64,000 nucleotides of DNA. It comes from Squalus acanthias. Taxonomy: Eukaryota. The notes under the pieces are model-generated. The model searched no databases. It was not told the origin of the DNA and was given only the letters and a program-made list of their open reading frames with translations. Each line of letters starts with the position of its first letter. Position 1 is the stretch's first letter. Position numbers and translations under genes: made by a program. The stretch covers positions 66,342,001-66,406,000 of the forward strand of contig CM059432.1 in the NCBI GenBank assembly GCA_030390025.1. Reading direction: 5' to 3'. Positions 11,436-23,590 of this stretch are shown here, piece by piece.

Positions 11436-13598
11436 GGGCTAGAAATTCATCTGATGAGCCCCACTCCGTAGCACCATGAAATGGCGATAAAATGACAGCG
11501 GCCACTCTTTTGCCAACTGCCCGCGGCGGCTGCCATATTCACGTCCCCCTTTGCCCTCCCAGTAACTAGTAGCACTCTGAAAAAAAAAATGGCAGCGTGG
11601 TGATGTCAATCGGCGTGCAACACCAACTTACCATCACTACGCCGAACTTTAACCCTAGCTGGGTGCTAAGCATACCAGGTTAACCTGGCGTGCAAGTAGG
11701 CTGACAGTGGCGCTGTCTGCACCTCTTAAAGGGACACATCTTTCTGGTAATATTTGATTTACGGTTTTGGACTGGATTTTTTTTGATTTTATTGAACTCG
11801 TGGCTTGCTACAATAGATGTGAAAAGCTTTTTAAGTGTGTAGAGAGTGCTGTTGGATGCTTGCAAGGGCTCGGATGGTAAATGAAGGCCTTTGAGAAGAC
11901 AGAACATGCTGCAAATGCTCAGCAGGTCATGCAATTTCCATGGCAAGAAAAATAGAGTTCACGTCTCAGGCCAAGATGCTGCCTGACCAGCTGAGTATTT
12001 CCAGCATTTTATGCTGTCATTTCACATTTGCAGCATCTGCTTGCAGAGGGTAGAGGAGGGCACAGAAGTGGAGGAAGCAGAAGAGGCTGAAGCAGAAGAG
12101 GAGGAAGCAGAAAGAAGGGTGCATCCCAAATAGCCCCTTTGTGGCCGGGATATCCGAGATGTAATCATCTGCCTGTGGTCCCAGGGACAACAACCCCAAT
12201 TCCCCTTTCAATATTTGACCCACACCTGCCTTCCATCTGTTGCTGACCATCACAACATCCTCTTGGCGTTAATGCTGAAATAAAAGCCACCACAAAGCAA
12301 ACTTTCCAATCCACCTATATACGTCTAGCCATCCAACGTGACATCAAGAAATCAACTCATCACCCTATGCATTCTCTTAGTGACTGTCCTCTGTGTGCCT
12401 TTGCCTACCCTTCTGACGTCACAAAGTGCTACCCCAGGGGCTGCAGCATGGCTGGTGGAAGGCTGCTGACTTTCAGTGGTGGACACTGCAAACGGCCTTG
12501 CTGGTTGACCTTGAGGAGCTGGTGGCTGGGAGTGTCAAATCAATCTTCTTCTGTTCTTGTTCTTCTTCACTCTCCTCCCCCTCTTCTTGGTCACCCATTG
12601 GCTGGGCAGGCTGCATTTCATGGGTGTGTGAAATGAGGAAGGCATGAGGTACATGCCAGAAGGATGATAATGTATGAGGATACCAGCATCTTGTATCCTT
12701 TCAGCCCCGCTGCTGGCCAAGGGCTCAGCCATGCCCCTGCCAAGAATGGCCTGCACTGTCTCCTCCAAGGGAGTGAGGTGAGGCTTGGAATGGGACGTGT
12801 GCCTTGTGATTGGTGCAGATTGTTGGTAGTTGAGTGTTTGGGGGGTCGTGCATTGAGCAGTGTGTGACACTGGTGGTGCAGTTGGTAGGAGACGACTTTG
12901 AAGATCTATTCACTGACCTTGACCAGTGGTCTGAGGTCATGAAGCTTCTTTGGGCACTGGAGCCAGATGGTGGGGGCATCACTGCTGGCAGTGACGGCCT
13001 CGGTGATGTACTCTCACATCCTCCTTTCTGGAGGGCCTCCTGGCCCATGTGGGTAGAGGACCTGTCTTACAGTGTTGACCCCCTGCACAAAGCTGGAGCG
13101 CTGTGTGCGAGACCCTGGGTGTCCCTTCCCTGGCTTGCTGAGCCATTTGTGTTAGTGCTGAGGCAGTTTTCCCATGTTTTGAAGTTAGGAAGGTAATTCA
13201 GCTTTAAGAGCTGAATATTCACAATTGGAACTTTTTAATGTTAAATATTTTTTTAAAAGGCAGAAAGGGCTGAAACTGCATTGTTTCACTTCAATTTAAT
13301 TTGTAGTGCTTCAGAGTGCATGGCCCCTTTATTTCACAGAATTCTTCATTACCCACAATTCCTTGCGAGCTCCACAGCCTCACTTCCAGAGGCTGTGCGA
13401 AGCTCCAACATTGCTCCTGCACAGGAACTTTGTCTCGGATGCCTCCAGCAACGCCACCAGGACGCGTTGCATGGCAGGTATGCATTGCGCCAACAATCTT
13501 CATCCCCCCCAGACCAATTTTTCTCCGTTAGCGTTGCGGCTATTTTCAGCGGCCCTTAACTCACCGGCAACTTTGCTGGCTAACTGGAATTTCACCCC
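11436..13598 (-). mobile_element. Old deleted PIF/Harbinger element
   Basis: TIR-like ends GGGCTAGAAATT / AATTTCACCCC. Degenerate Myb exon on - (..QCPKKLHDLRPLVK|GTCAGT) and an acidic transposase-tail-like remnant on + at ~12050-12120. Confidence 0.6.
11897..12040. mobile_element. Degenerate inverted Penelope-type pseudo-LTR fragment
   Basis: Two inverted arms similar to 42390-42537 and 48500-48548 (GCTGCCTGACC..CTGAGTATTTCCAGCATTTT). Confidence 0.55.
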
Positions 13599-13599
13599 C

Positions 13600-13952
13600 A
13601 TAAGATTCTGAGGGGAATTGACAGGATAAATGCTGAGCGATTGTTTTCCCTGGCTGGAGAGTCTAGAACTAGGGGTCATAGTCTTAGGATAAGGGGTCAG
13701 CCATTTAAGACTGAGGTGAGGAGCAATTTCTTCACTCAGAGGGTTGTGAATCTTTGGAATTCTCTACCCCAAAGTTGATTATATTCAAGGCTGAGATAGA
13801 TAGATTTTTGGACTCTAGAGGAATCAGGGGATATGGACTAGAACAGGAAAGTGAATTTGAGGTCGAAGCTCAGCCATGATCTTATTGAATGGCGGAGCAG
13901 GCTCGAGGGTCCATGTGGCCTATTCCTGCTCCTAATTCTTATGTGCTTATGT
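13600..13952 (+). mobile_element. CR1 3' fragment
   Basis: ORF2 C-terminus (ESRTRGHSLRIRG..FFTQRVVNLWNSLP), 3'UTR and CTTATGT tail. Confidence 0.85.
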
Positions 13953-15265
13953 CTCTCTGTTCATCGGCACTTTTCAAAATTGTGCCATTTATAGTATACT
14001 GTCTTTCCATATCAGTCCTCCCAAAGTGCATCAACTAACACTTGTCCGCATCGAACTCCATCTGCCATGCTTCTGCCCATTTCACCATCCTGTCTATGTC
14101 ACCTTGAAGCCTATAACTAGCCTCATCACTATCTACTATTTTGCCAAGTTTTGTGTCATCTGCAAACTTTATAATGATACTCCCTACAACCGAGTCTAGG
14201 TCGGTTATAAAAGTTGAAAAGAGTAATGGACCCAAAACTGACCCTTGAGGAACACCACTGCAAACCATCTCCCAGTCTGAAAAACATCCATCCACCACCA
14301 CCCTTTGCTTCCCATCACTGAGCCAATTTTGTATCCACACCACCACTTTCCCCTTAATTCCATGGGCTTCCATCTTCTTTATAAACCTCCTGTATGGCGC
14401 TTTGTCGAACGCCTTCTGAAAGTTCATATATACAACATCTACTGCATTACCTTGATCAACCTTCTCTATTACACATCAAAGTGTCACCCATGGCTCAATT
14501 GGTAGCACTCTCACCTCTGAGTTAGAAGGTTCAGGGTTCACAATCCTACTTCAGAGACTTGAGCACAAAAATCTAGGCTGAGGGAGTGCTGCACTGTCGG
14601 AGGTGCCGTCTTTCGGATGAGACGTTAAACCGAGCCCCGTCTGCTCTCTCAGGTGGACGTAAAAGATCCCTGGTGCTATTTTTCGAAGAAGAGCAGGGGA
14701 GTTATCCCCAGTATTCTGGCCAATATTTACCCTCAATCAACATCACAAATACAGATTATCTGGTCATTATCACATTGCTGTTTGTGGGAGCTTGCTGTGC
14801 ACAAATTGGCTGCCGCGTTTCCTACATTACAACAGTGACTACACTTCAAAAGTACTTTATTGGCTGTAAAGCACTTTGGGACATCCTGAGGTTGTGAAAG
14901 GCGCTATATAAATGCAAGTCTTCCTTTTTTTAAAAGAATTTAATCAGGTTAGTCAGACACGATTTACCTTTAACAAATCCATGCTGGCTCTCCTTGATTA
15001 ACCCATGCCTTTCCAAATGAAAGTTTATTTTGTCTCTGATAATTGTTTCAAAATAACTTCCCCACCAGGACTGGCCTGCAGTTTCCTGGTTTATCCCTCT
15101 CCCCTTTCTTGGATAGTGGTATAATATTAGCAACCCTCCAGTCCTCCAGCAATACTCCTGTATCCAATAAGGGTAGAAATTGTGACTAATGCCTCTGCTA
15201 TTTCTACCTTTGCTTCTTTCAGCAACCTAGGAGGCATTCCACCTGGACCAGGTGACTCATCAACT
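13953..15265 (-). mobile_element. CR1 RT fragment split by a SINE
   Basis: ORF 14035..14427 ([18 protein letters not shown]) and ORF 14930..15133 (SQHGFVKGKSCLTNL). Confidence 0.9.
14481..14924 (+). mobile_element. tRNA-derived DeuSINE (SacSINE1-like)
   Basis: A box TGGCTCAATTGG at 14491, B-box-like GGTTCACAATCC at 14535, Deu-domain-like core GGAGGTGCCGTCTTTCGGATGAGACGTTAAACCGAG, L2-like tail GGCGCTATATAAATGCAAGT. Family recalled, not searched. Confidence 0.8.
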
Positions 15266-15299
15266 TTCAAATTGTGCCGTACAAAATTTTCCACTTCAA

Positions 15300-15515
15300 G
15301 AAGGCTGACAGTTCAATATGGATGATGAGGAGTCAGTGTCACCCAAGAAAAAAGCAGTGCAGGCCACAGCAGAACAGGAGGATGACCATTTGGAAAAGCC
15401 ATCCGAAGTCGGATACTACAGGAGGTGTTTCCGCAGAGATCGGCTACAACAGCATACTGCACCCTCGCCTCCTTCTATGCCAGTTGCCAAGAAAGTGATC
15501 TTCCTTGAAGCCACT
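15300..15515 (+). pseudogene. Possible degenerate Harbinger transposase N-terminal relic
   Basis: ORF 15318..15533 contains YRRCFR..LQQHTA..SMPVAKKV, resembling YPPRVFR..LQP..SLSVAVKV of the intact transposases. Confidence 0.35.
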
Positions 15516-15749
15516 ATCAACCTTAGCACATGACTGCTGAGCAGCTCTCATTGCCCCAACAGGACTTTACCAATATTCAGCACCTGAGTATTGAAATCCA
15601 CACCAAATGAATGGTCTTTTTCCTCAATTTTTTAGAAATTTGTTTATTGAATGTGGGCGTCGCTGGCAAGGCCAGCATTTATTGTCCATCCCTAATTGCC
15701 CTTGAGAAGGTGGTGGTGAGCCTCATTCTTGAACCGCTGCAGTTCCTGG

Positions 15750-16682
15750 ATATTGGAATACAGACTAGAATTTCTAAATTTGCCGATGACCCCAAACTTG
15801 GGGGTGTGGCAAATAGTGATGATGATACCAATCAACTGCAACAGGACATAGAAAGGCTAGCAGAATGGACAGACAAGTGGCAGATGGAATTTAATACAGA
15901 GAAGTGTGGGGTTTTGCATTTTGGCAGAAGGAACAGGGAGAGGCAATATACACTTAATGGCACAGTTTTACAGACTGTGCAGGGACAGAGGGACCTGGGA
16001 GCTAATGTGCATAGGTCTCTGAAGGTGGCAGGACATATTGAGAGAATGGTTAACAAAGCACATGGGATCTTGGGCTTCATAACTAGAGGTATTGAGTACA
16101 AAAGTAGAGAAGATATGGTGAACCTTTATAAAGCACTGGTTAGGCCACAACTGGAGTATTGCGTCCAGTTCTCGTCACCACATTTTAGGAAGGATGTGAA
16201 GGCCCTTGAGAGGGTGCAGAGGAGCTTTACCAGAATGGTTCCGGGGATGGGGGATCTTAGCTACAAGAACAGGTTGGAGAAGCTGGATTTGTTTTCATTA
16301 GAGCAAAGGAGGTTGAGGAGTGATTTGATAGAGGTGTACAAGATTATGACGGGTTTGGATAGGCTAGACAGGGAAAGGCTGTTCCCACTAGTTGATGGTA
16401 CAAGGACTAGGGGACACAAATTTAAGGTTTTGGGCAAGAGATACGGGGGGATGTGAGGAAAAACCTTTGTACGCAGCGAGTGGTGATAATCTGGAATTTG
16501 CTGCCGTCGGAAGTGGTGGAAGCGGAGACACTCAATGCTTTCAAGGGGAGACTGGAAAGGCACTTGAGGGAAATAAATTTGCAGGGCTACGGGGATAGAG
16601 TGGGGGAATGGGACTGACTGGATTGCTCGACAAAGAGCCGGCACGGACTTGATGAACCGAATGGCCTCCTTTATGACTCTAT
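15750..16682 (+). mobile_element. 5'-truncated CR1
   Basis: ORF 15611..16456 from ISKFADD onward. Tail (TATGACTC)n is interrupted by two Harbinger insertions. Confidence 0.9.
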
Positions 16683-19600
16683 GGGCTCGATTTTGCCAGG
16701 CCCGAGGAGGTGGGATTGGAGGCGTGTGAAGTGATAAAAACGCAAAAACTGACGGGCAGCTCCGATCCCACCTCCATCCCGCCTCCGAGCAATTTTTCCA
16801 GAATCGGGGTTTCAGACCCCATTTCCATCCCGCCTCCAAGAGGCGGGATAGGCCCTTAAGGCCCTTAACAACCAGTTAAGCCTCCATAATCCCATTTTGA
16901 GAGGCCTTTCTGATTTTAACACATTTACCCCATCCTACACGCCTCCTCTGGAACATGCCGATTAAACCTGTCGGCCTCACAAGTGGATTGCTTACTAACA
17001 GCTGCAGCTCCACCATTAAAAAGGAGTTTTCACCAATGATCATTTGCAGGTGGCAGAACTTTGTTGTCTCAGGTCTGGGGGAACTTTTAGCAGGCATACT
17101 CATTGTTGTGGAAGTTTGGAGCCTGACACCCATCTCCAGTGTGACCTCCTGGGAAAGCCCTCTCCCCACCTTGACTGAGCGCGTCCTCAACTGAGGCATG
17201 TACCAGAAGCATGGAACCATTTATTTCCTTTCCTCCTGGACATCAGATTTGGATGAAGACCAGCCGCGGCAAAAGCAGAACCATGAACAACAGCAGCACC
17301 AACAGCAGCACCAACAACAGGAGCGCCAAGCTGCTGCTCACCCACCTGAAGCTACACAGGCCAGAAGGCGCCAGCGCACGACCACATTGCTGCCCGGGAT
17401 GCAAGGGACGCACTCATGTTGGCCAGATTTGCTTAGCCTGCACAATCAAACACTTTTGCCTCGCACCTTCTTACCAGAGCATCGACAATGGACAAGAACC
17501 TACGGATTCCTATCACTCTGACCACCATACTGACAATTGCAAGTCGCCCTAAGCCCTCAATGTAGAAGCCCCATTTGCGAGATGACACAGGCCAGAATTT
17601 CAACAGTTTGCCATCAAATCTGTTTATCATATTACAAGGATGGCTTGTCAAAAAACAATACAACATAACACCCAAGTGACTACCCTTGTGACTACTTGTG
17701 CTTTAACTTCCTCTTACACGTGCTCCTACGTGGTGCTTCCCCTGTGCTTCAGCAGATGTGGAGGCCCCTTGCTCACTTTCTTGCTGCTCCTGTCTCGACA
17801 CCTTTGGCGGGCGTCCTCTGGGGTTGCGAGCCTGTAATGGCTCGGCAACAGTCTGCTGCTCCTACGGCTGTGCAGGGGCTGAGACGCCCATCTCAATTGG
17901 GTGGGGACTCTGGTGGGGCTCTGACCGAGGGCTTTGCAGTGGTATGGTCGTGTGAGCGCTTGGAGAGGAACCCCCACTTCCTTGTTGTCTGCCACCAACA
18001 TCCCTCTCATGGGTCAGCCCCACTTCAGAGCTAGCAAGTGGCTTGACAGCACCTTGCAGCACTTCGGGGGGCCATGAGGAACCGTTTCTGCACTGGAAGT
18101 CCTACTCTAGAGGACTTCCATGAAGGTCTGGTTTCTGTGCTCAATAGCTGACCATCGCTCCTCAAGAGATGTCAGTCTATTCTTAACAATGACCATGTTT
18201 TCAACACTCTGGCGACTTAGCTCCTCCATGGCCGTAGCTATCGTCTCCTCTACCGTACCATCCTTTCCACGGAGGTTGCCATCCTTTCCATGGTGATGCG
18301 TTCATGCGCCAATGCCTCCACAAAGGCTCTGCTCATGTTCGCGATGGACTCCTCCATTCACTCCACACTCGCAGTGACCCTGGAGACAAAACCTGCCAGA
18401 GACTCCTGCACCTGTTCCTGGAGTTCCAGCACCGCTCTCCTTCTGGATGGACCTGGAGGCACAGGGTCAACATGCAGCTGAGCCGAGCTGGCAGAGTCCT
18501 GCGCCCTCCAATGAGGACTCTCCACTGCTGTCCCTGTCTCCACCGTCTGCTGATGCTCACTTGTGAGCTGTGATACACCAGGTGACAACACTACTCTATC
18601 TCGCGAAGGTCCCACCGAGGTTTGAGTGTCTGTGCTGGTGCTGTGTGCGCTGAATTCTGCTGATGCTGCGCCCTCAGAGGTTGCAGCTTCCTCTGAGGAG
18701 TTTTGAAGCTCAGGTTCTTCCTCCTGGACAGTGGGGACGGGGGCTGCCGATGGTCCTGTGGGGGAGTAAAGGAAAGAGTTAGAGATGTGAGGTAAAGGTT
18801 GCATGCACATTGAATTGTGCAGATGATCATAAGTCAATCTGTTAGAGCATCAGAATCATTATCAGTCACTCATGCAATGTCAATGAGAGAGATGCCATAC
18901 TATTCTGTCACCAGCTTGCTGTGATGCGCCCGTCTGTCCATCCCCCACTTGCGAATCGTCCTCAACACCGGCGATTTCCATGGCCGCCTACTCCGAGGTA
19001 GTGAGCTGGGCTACTGAGGGTGGCCCTCCTCCTGTCCTTGCTCTTTCCCTCTTATTGTGGACTCACTTTTCCTGCAATGAGGGACACAAGTGGAGTTTGA
19101 GTGAGAATGAAGGAGTGAGTGTAGAGAATCCATAGCATAGATGCTTAGAAGGAGACAAAGGGCCCTCCCTGTGTGTTGTAAGTTGTTGTCATTGCATCAC
19201 AGTGATAGGGAGTATGAGGGTTGCATGGTCGAATAGTTAAGTGAATGTGACCATAGTGAGAGAGGGAATGGGTAAGGGTGCAGGGATGTAATTGTCAAGT
19301 GGGATGTGGAGGAAAAGGTTGGCAAAGCAGAGTGCTGGTGTGGAAAGGCGATGGGGATCAGATTGAGGGCGATGGGAAAGTCATAATCACTTTTCCTGTG
19401 CAGAGAAGGTCATGAAACCTCTTCCTGCATTGCAGCCAGGTTCGGTGGCACATAGAGATTGAGTTGTCCTCCTGGACCACTTGCAGCCACACAGCTTTAG
19501 TCTGCTGGGGAGGCTTTTTCCTCCCTGAGGAAGGGAAGAGCACCTCCTTATTTGATCTTGCTCCCTCCACCAGAGCTTGGAGGGAGGCCTCATCGAACCT

Positions 19601-19910
19601 TGGAACACATTTTGGCCTACTAGTGGACATAGTTGCTAAATGAAGCGATCACAACAATGGGCATAAAGTTTAACGGCTCCAGAAGAAGCAAGGCTGCTTG
19701 CAGGCCTTAAATCCAGCAGCATTGATGACGTCATCAGAGGCGACTTTCTGTATGAAAAGGCTCATTGGGCCAGGGGTTTCCACACGCTGGAAATCAAGTG
19801 CCCAATCAGGGCAAACTCGCACTTTTTTCCCACTTCACATCGGAGTCGGGGTCCTGACACGAAAACCACCTGACACGCCCCAGCCCACCCGCAATGGCAA
19901 AATCGAGCCC
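16683..19910 (-). mobile_element. Myb-only non-autonomous PIF/Harbinger element (family B, long form)
   Basis: Perfect 15-bp TIR GGGCTCGATTTTGCC, TSD TAT. Complete 3-exon Myb gene on -. The transposase is reduced to a Q-rich N-terminus fused to C-terminal ..HIAARDARDALMLARFA* on +. Confidence 0.9.
17692..19630 (-). pseudogene. Harbinger Myb/SANT-like DNA-binding protein gene, 3 exons (19630-19391, 19071-18912, 18755-~17692), disabled
   Basis: Exon 1 MSTSRPKCVPRFDEASLQALV..RTWLQCRKRFHDLLCTGK. Exon 2 EK*VHNKRERARTGGGPP. GT-AG sites with phases 0 and 1. Several stops and frameshifts. Confidence 0.8.
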
Positions 19911-19921
19911 TATGACTCTAT

Positions 19922-20764
19922 GGTCTGGATTTTCTCAATGGGGAGTTTTTGGAGGCGGGAGTCCCAGTTGTCAGGTTTTAGTCCCACCTCCATCGACTTG
20001 TGGCCAACCCACACTATTTTCCCTTGATTGACCTTGTTAAGCCCGCCCAGTGGGCTTAGCAGGCTAATTAAGGGAAAGCCGGTTACAGGTGACATCAGCA
20101 AGTGACGTTTCATCTGTCAAGAGCATTTGACAGATGAAATGTCAGCGTTTGACGGCTCTGTGAAGCTGTCAAACACTGACAATCTGTCCTCTAACTTGAG
20201 CCCTTCCACTCAGGCTCAGTTAGAGAGCGTTCCTGGGCAGAAAGCAGAAGGCTGCAGCTTTTGATAGTTCAGCGGCCATTCTGCTTTCTGTGCGGTGAGA
20301 TGAGGGCTTCCCAAGACCTGAAGGGTTGAAGCCTGCAGGAAGAAGTAAAGGTAAGTAAAACTTGTTAAAACACTTTAGTATCACCTCACACACTTACCAC
20401 TGCACACATGTACCCATCACTCACCTGCATACCGGACATCTCGGCCCCTCCGACCCCCACAGACCAACGGCCCGCCTCGCTGACCCTGGTGAGGTTCGGA
20501 GCCATCGGGTAGCCCACACTTCAGGGCTGAAAATAGGGATTATCCAAAAAACTGCATGTTAACTACCTGTTAAGAGGCAGTTAATTGGCACTAATCACCT
20601 TCCCGCCTCGAGGAGACGGGACCCGGCGCGGGTCGGGTACCCGCTTCCTGGGAAGATGGCACGGAGGCGGGTTGGGGGCGGGATGGGTATCCGCTCCCAG
20701 ATTCTACCATTTTCCCAGCAGTCCCGCCTCCTTTCCCTCCTCTCCAGGGCTGGCAAAATCGCCC
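19922..20764. mobile_element. Harbinger MITE (family C)
   Basis: TIR GGTCTGGATTTT / AAAATCGCCC, TSD TAT, subterminal GGAGGCGGG repeats. Inverted homolog of 24648-25400. Confidence 0.85.
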
Positions 20765-22989
20765 TATGACTGGTGAAGGTACCCCCACAGTGCTGTTAGG
20801 TAGGGAGTTCCAGGATTTTGACCCAGTGACGATGAAGGATCGGCGATATACTTCTAAGTCAGGATGGTGTGTGCCTTGGAGGGGAACTTGGAGGTGGTGG
20901 TGTTCCCATGTGCCTGCTGTCCTTGTCCTTCTAAGTGGAAGAGGTCGCGGGTTTGGGAGGTGCTGCCAAAGAAGCCTTGGCGAGTTGCTGCAGTGCATCT
21001 TGTAGATGGTACACACTGCAGCCACGGTACGCTGGTGGTGGAGGGAGTGAATGTTTAAGGTGGTGGATGGGGTGGCAATCAAGTGGGCTGCTTTGTCCTG
21101 GATGGTGTTGAGCTTCTTGAGTGTTGTTGGAGCTGCACTCATCCAGGCAAGTGGAGAGTATTCCATCACACTCCTTACTTGTGCCTTGTAGATGGTGGAA
21201 AAGCTTTGGGGAGTCAGGAGATGAGAAACTCGCCGCAGAATACCTAGCCTCTGACCAGCTCTTGTTGCCACAGTATTTATGTGGCTGGTCCAGTTAAGTT
21301 TCTCGTCAATGGTGACCCCCAGGATGTTGATGGTGGGCGATTCAGCGATGGTAATGCCGTTGAATGTCAAGGAGCGGTGGTTAGACTCTCGCTTGTTGGA
21401 GATAGTCATTGCCTGGCACTTGTGTGGCGCGAATGTTACCTGCCACTTATCAGCCCAAGCCTGAATGTTGTCCAGGTCTTGTTGCATGCGGGCATGGACT
21501 GCTTCATTATCTGACAGTTGTGAATGGCACTGAACACTGTGCAGTCGTCAGAGAACATCCCCAATTCTGACCTTATGTTGGAGGGAAGGTCATTGATGAA
21601 GCAGCTGAAGATGGTTGGGCCTAGGACACTGCCCTGAGGAACTCCTGCAGTGATGTCCTGGGGCTGTGATGGTTGACCTTGAACAACCACAACCATCTTC
21701 CTTTGTGCTAGGTATGAATCCAGCCAGTGGAGAGTTTCCCCCCTCAATTCCCATTGACTTTAGTTTTACTAGGACTCCTTGATGCCACACTCGGTCAAAT
21801 ACTGCCTTGATGTCAAGGCAGTCACTCTCACCTCACCTCTGGAATTCAGCTCCTTTGTCCATGTAATGAGGTCAGAAGCCGAGTGGTCCTGGTGGAACCC
21901 AAACTGGGCATCAGTGAGCAGGTTATTGGTAAGTGCCGCTTGATAGCACTGTCGATGACACCTTCCATCACTTTGCTGATGATTGAGAGTAGACTGGTGG
22001 GGCGGTAATTGGCTGGATTGGATTTGTCCTGCTTTTTGTGGACAGGACATACCTGGGCAGTTTTCCACATTGTCGGATAGATGCCAGTGTTGTAGTTGTA
22101 CTGGAACAGCTTGGCTAGAGGCACGGCTAGTTCTGGAGCACAAGTCTTCAGCATGGCAGCCGGGATGTTGTTGGGGCCCATAACCTTTGCTGTATCCAGT
22201 GCGCTCAGCCATTTCTTGATGTCCATGAATAACAAATCAGGGCAGAATCAATATGCTGGCTTTACGGCCAGGTATTGTGTCTGCTCTCCTCCACCAGAAC
22301 TTTTACATCTTGTATCAGTGGGAAGGATAGGCTCAGATCCACTTCCTCCTCTTTGTCTGTGTCCTCTTCTATTGGAGATTCATGTGGCTGTGTTTGTTTT
22401 ATAGGAAAGGATGGCAGATAGTGAGAAGGGGTGAACGTGGTCCAATTGGGATGAAGGAGAGATGAAGAAGGGGATGAAGGTTATGTGTGTGTGGTTGTGC
22501 TTAAAGTTGCCAGGTAGGTGCTGAGTTAATCACCTGACATCGTCATCAAATTCCACCAACCTCAGCATCAGATTCAACTATGGCGACATGCCCAAGAGCT
22601 CCCTGGCCTTCCCCTTGTGGGGGGGGGGTGAAATTTGCAGGTGGCTTTGCCCCCACCTGTCATTATGCAGCAACTTCTCCTGCAATGAGATAAGTAAATG
22701 AGGTTAGGCTGACTGTTAAGGAGTATGTGGAACGAGTAATGGTGGAGGCAAAGTGAGAGAGATGTGGGTGTAAGGATATTAGAGTGGAGGAAGGTGTTTT
22801 GAGCTTGTGCAAAGCATTTCCTGTGTTTTAAAGGGATGTGTGTAGCCATAGTATGGGATAGGGAGTTGCAAGTGCCTTAAGCAGAGTAGAATGTGAAGAG
22901 TTAGTAGTGTCAATATTACCTTAAGAGGGCGAAGAGTGTGGTGTTGCCCAGGTTGGGCAAGGAAGGAAAGGGCAGGGTGCTGTGGGCCT

Positions 22990-23220
22990 TACAATGCCTG
23001 TCAAGTCATTGAATGTCTTGCAGCACAGTTTAGCTGTACTTGGTGTGAGGGAGTTGGCCAAGAGTGCCAATACCACCTCCCTTCAAGTAACATTCCTGGC
23101 TGGCTTGCTGGCTCGCAAATCCAGATGTCTGACCCTCCTGTCTTACACCTCTTCCAGGAGGGCTTGCAGGTCTTCTTCTGAAAAACTTGTTGCCCTTTTT
23201 GGCGATGGTGCCCTGTCATG
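22990..23220 (-). pseudogene. Ancient Harbinger Myb/SANT relic
   Basis: By-eye translation KRATSFSEEDLQALLEEV*DRR..KLCCKTFNDLTG. Confidence 0.65.
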
Positions 23221-23590
23221 GTGTTCAGTGGGCAGAGCTGGCATCCTATTGCTCATGATGCTGCCAAAGTGAACTAAAGGTGAGAGTCTGAGTGATGCCC
23301 TGAAGAGATTTGATCCAAAGGGGCCAAGTGAACAATTGTTGCAGCCATCCTTTGCTGTACTTAAATGTTCTGCTCAAGACTGCAGTCTGTAGAGAGGTTA
23401 CAAAAGGCAGCACCACTTCTGCAGACAAGTTTCATGGGGGCTAAGCTGCTCACTCCGCTTATACACGTGACTTGCACCAGAGCTTGCACCAGGTGATATG
23501 CAAATGAGCATACCCATCAAACTTGCATGTAACCAATGTTCTCCCTGAGGTGCACGGTCGCGAACCAATCGCGAGGTCCCGTAAAATCTG

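Larger units (their letters stand above)
15630..22222 (-). mobile_element. CR1/Jockey-group LINE (distinct family). Body 20768-22222, 3' end 15630-15745, split by nested insertions
   Basis: RT ORFs 21846..22235, 21436..21747 ([14 protein letters not shown]) and 20591..21487. The sequence runs on across the nest (..GAACCGCTGCAGT | TGGTGAAGGTAC..). Another 3' end of this family lies at ~54285-54325. Confidence 0.8.

Noticed and set aside
14491..14550. Functional tRNA gene
   Set aside because: It is the head of a SINE, with a damaged B box.
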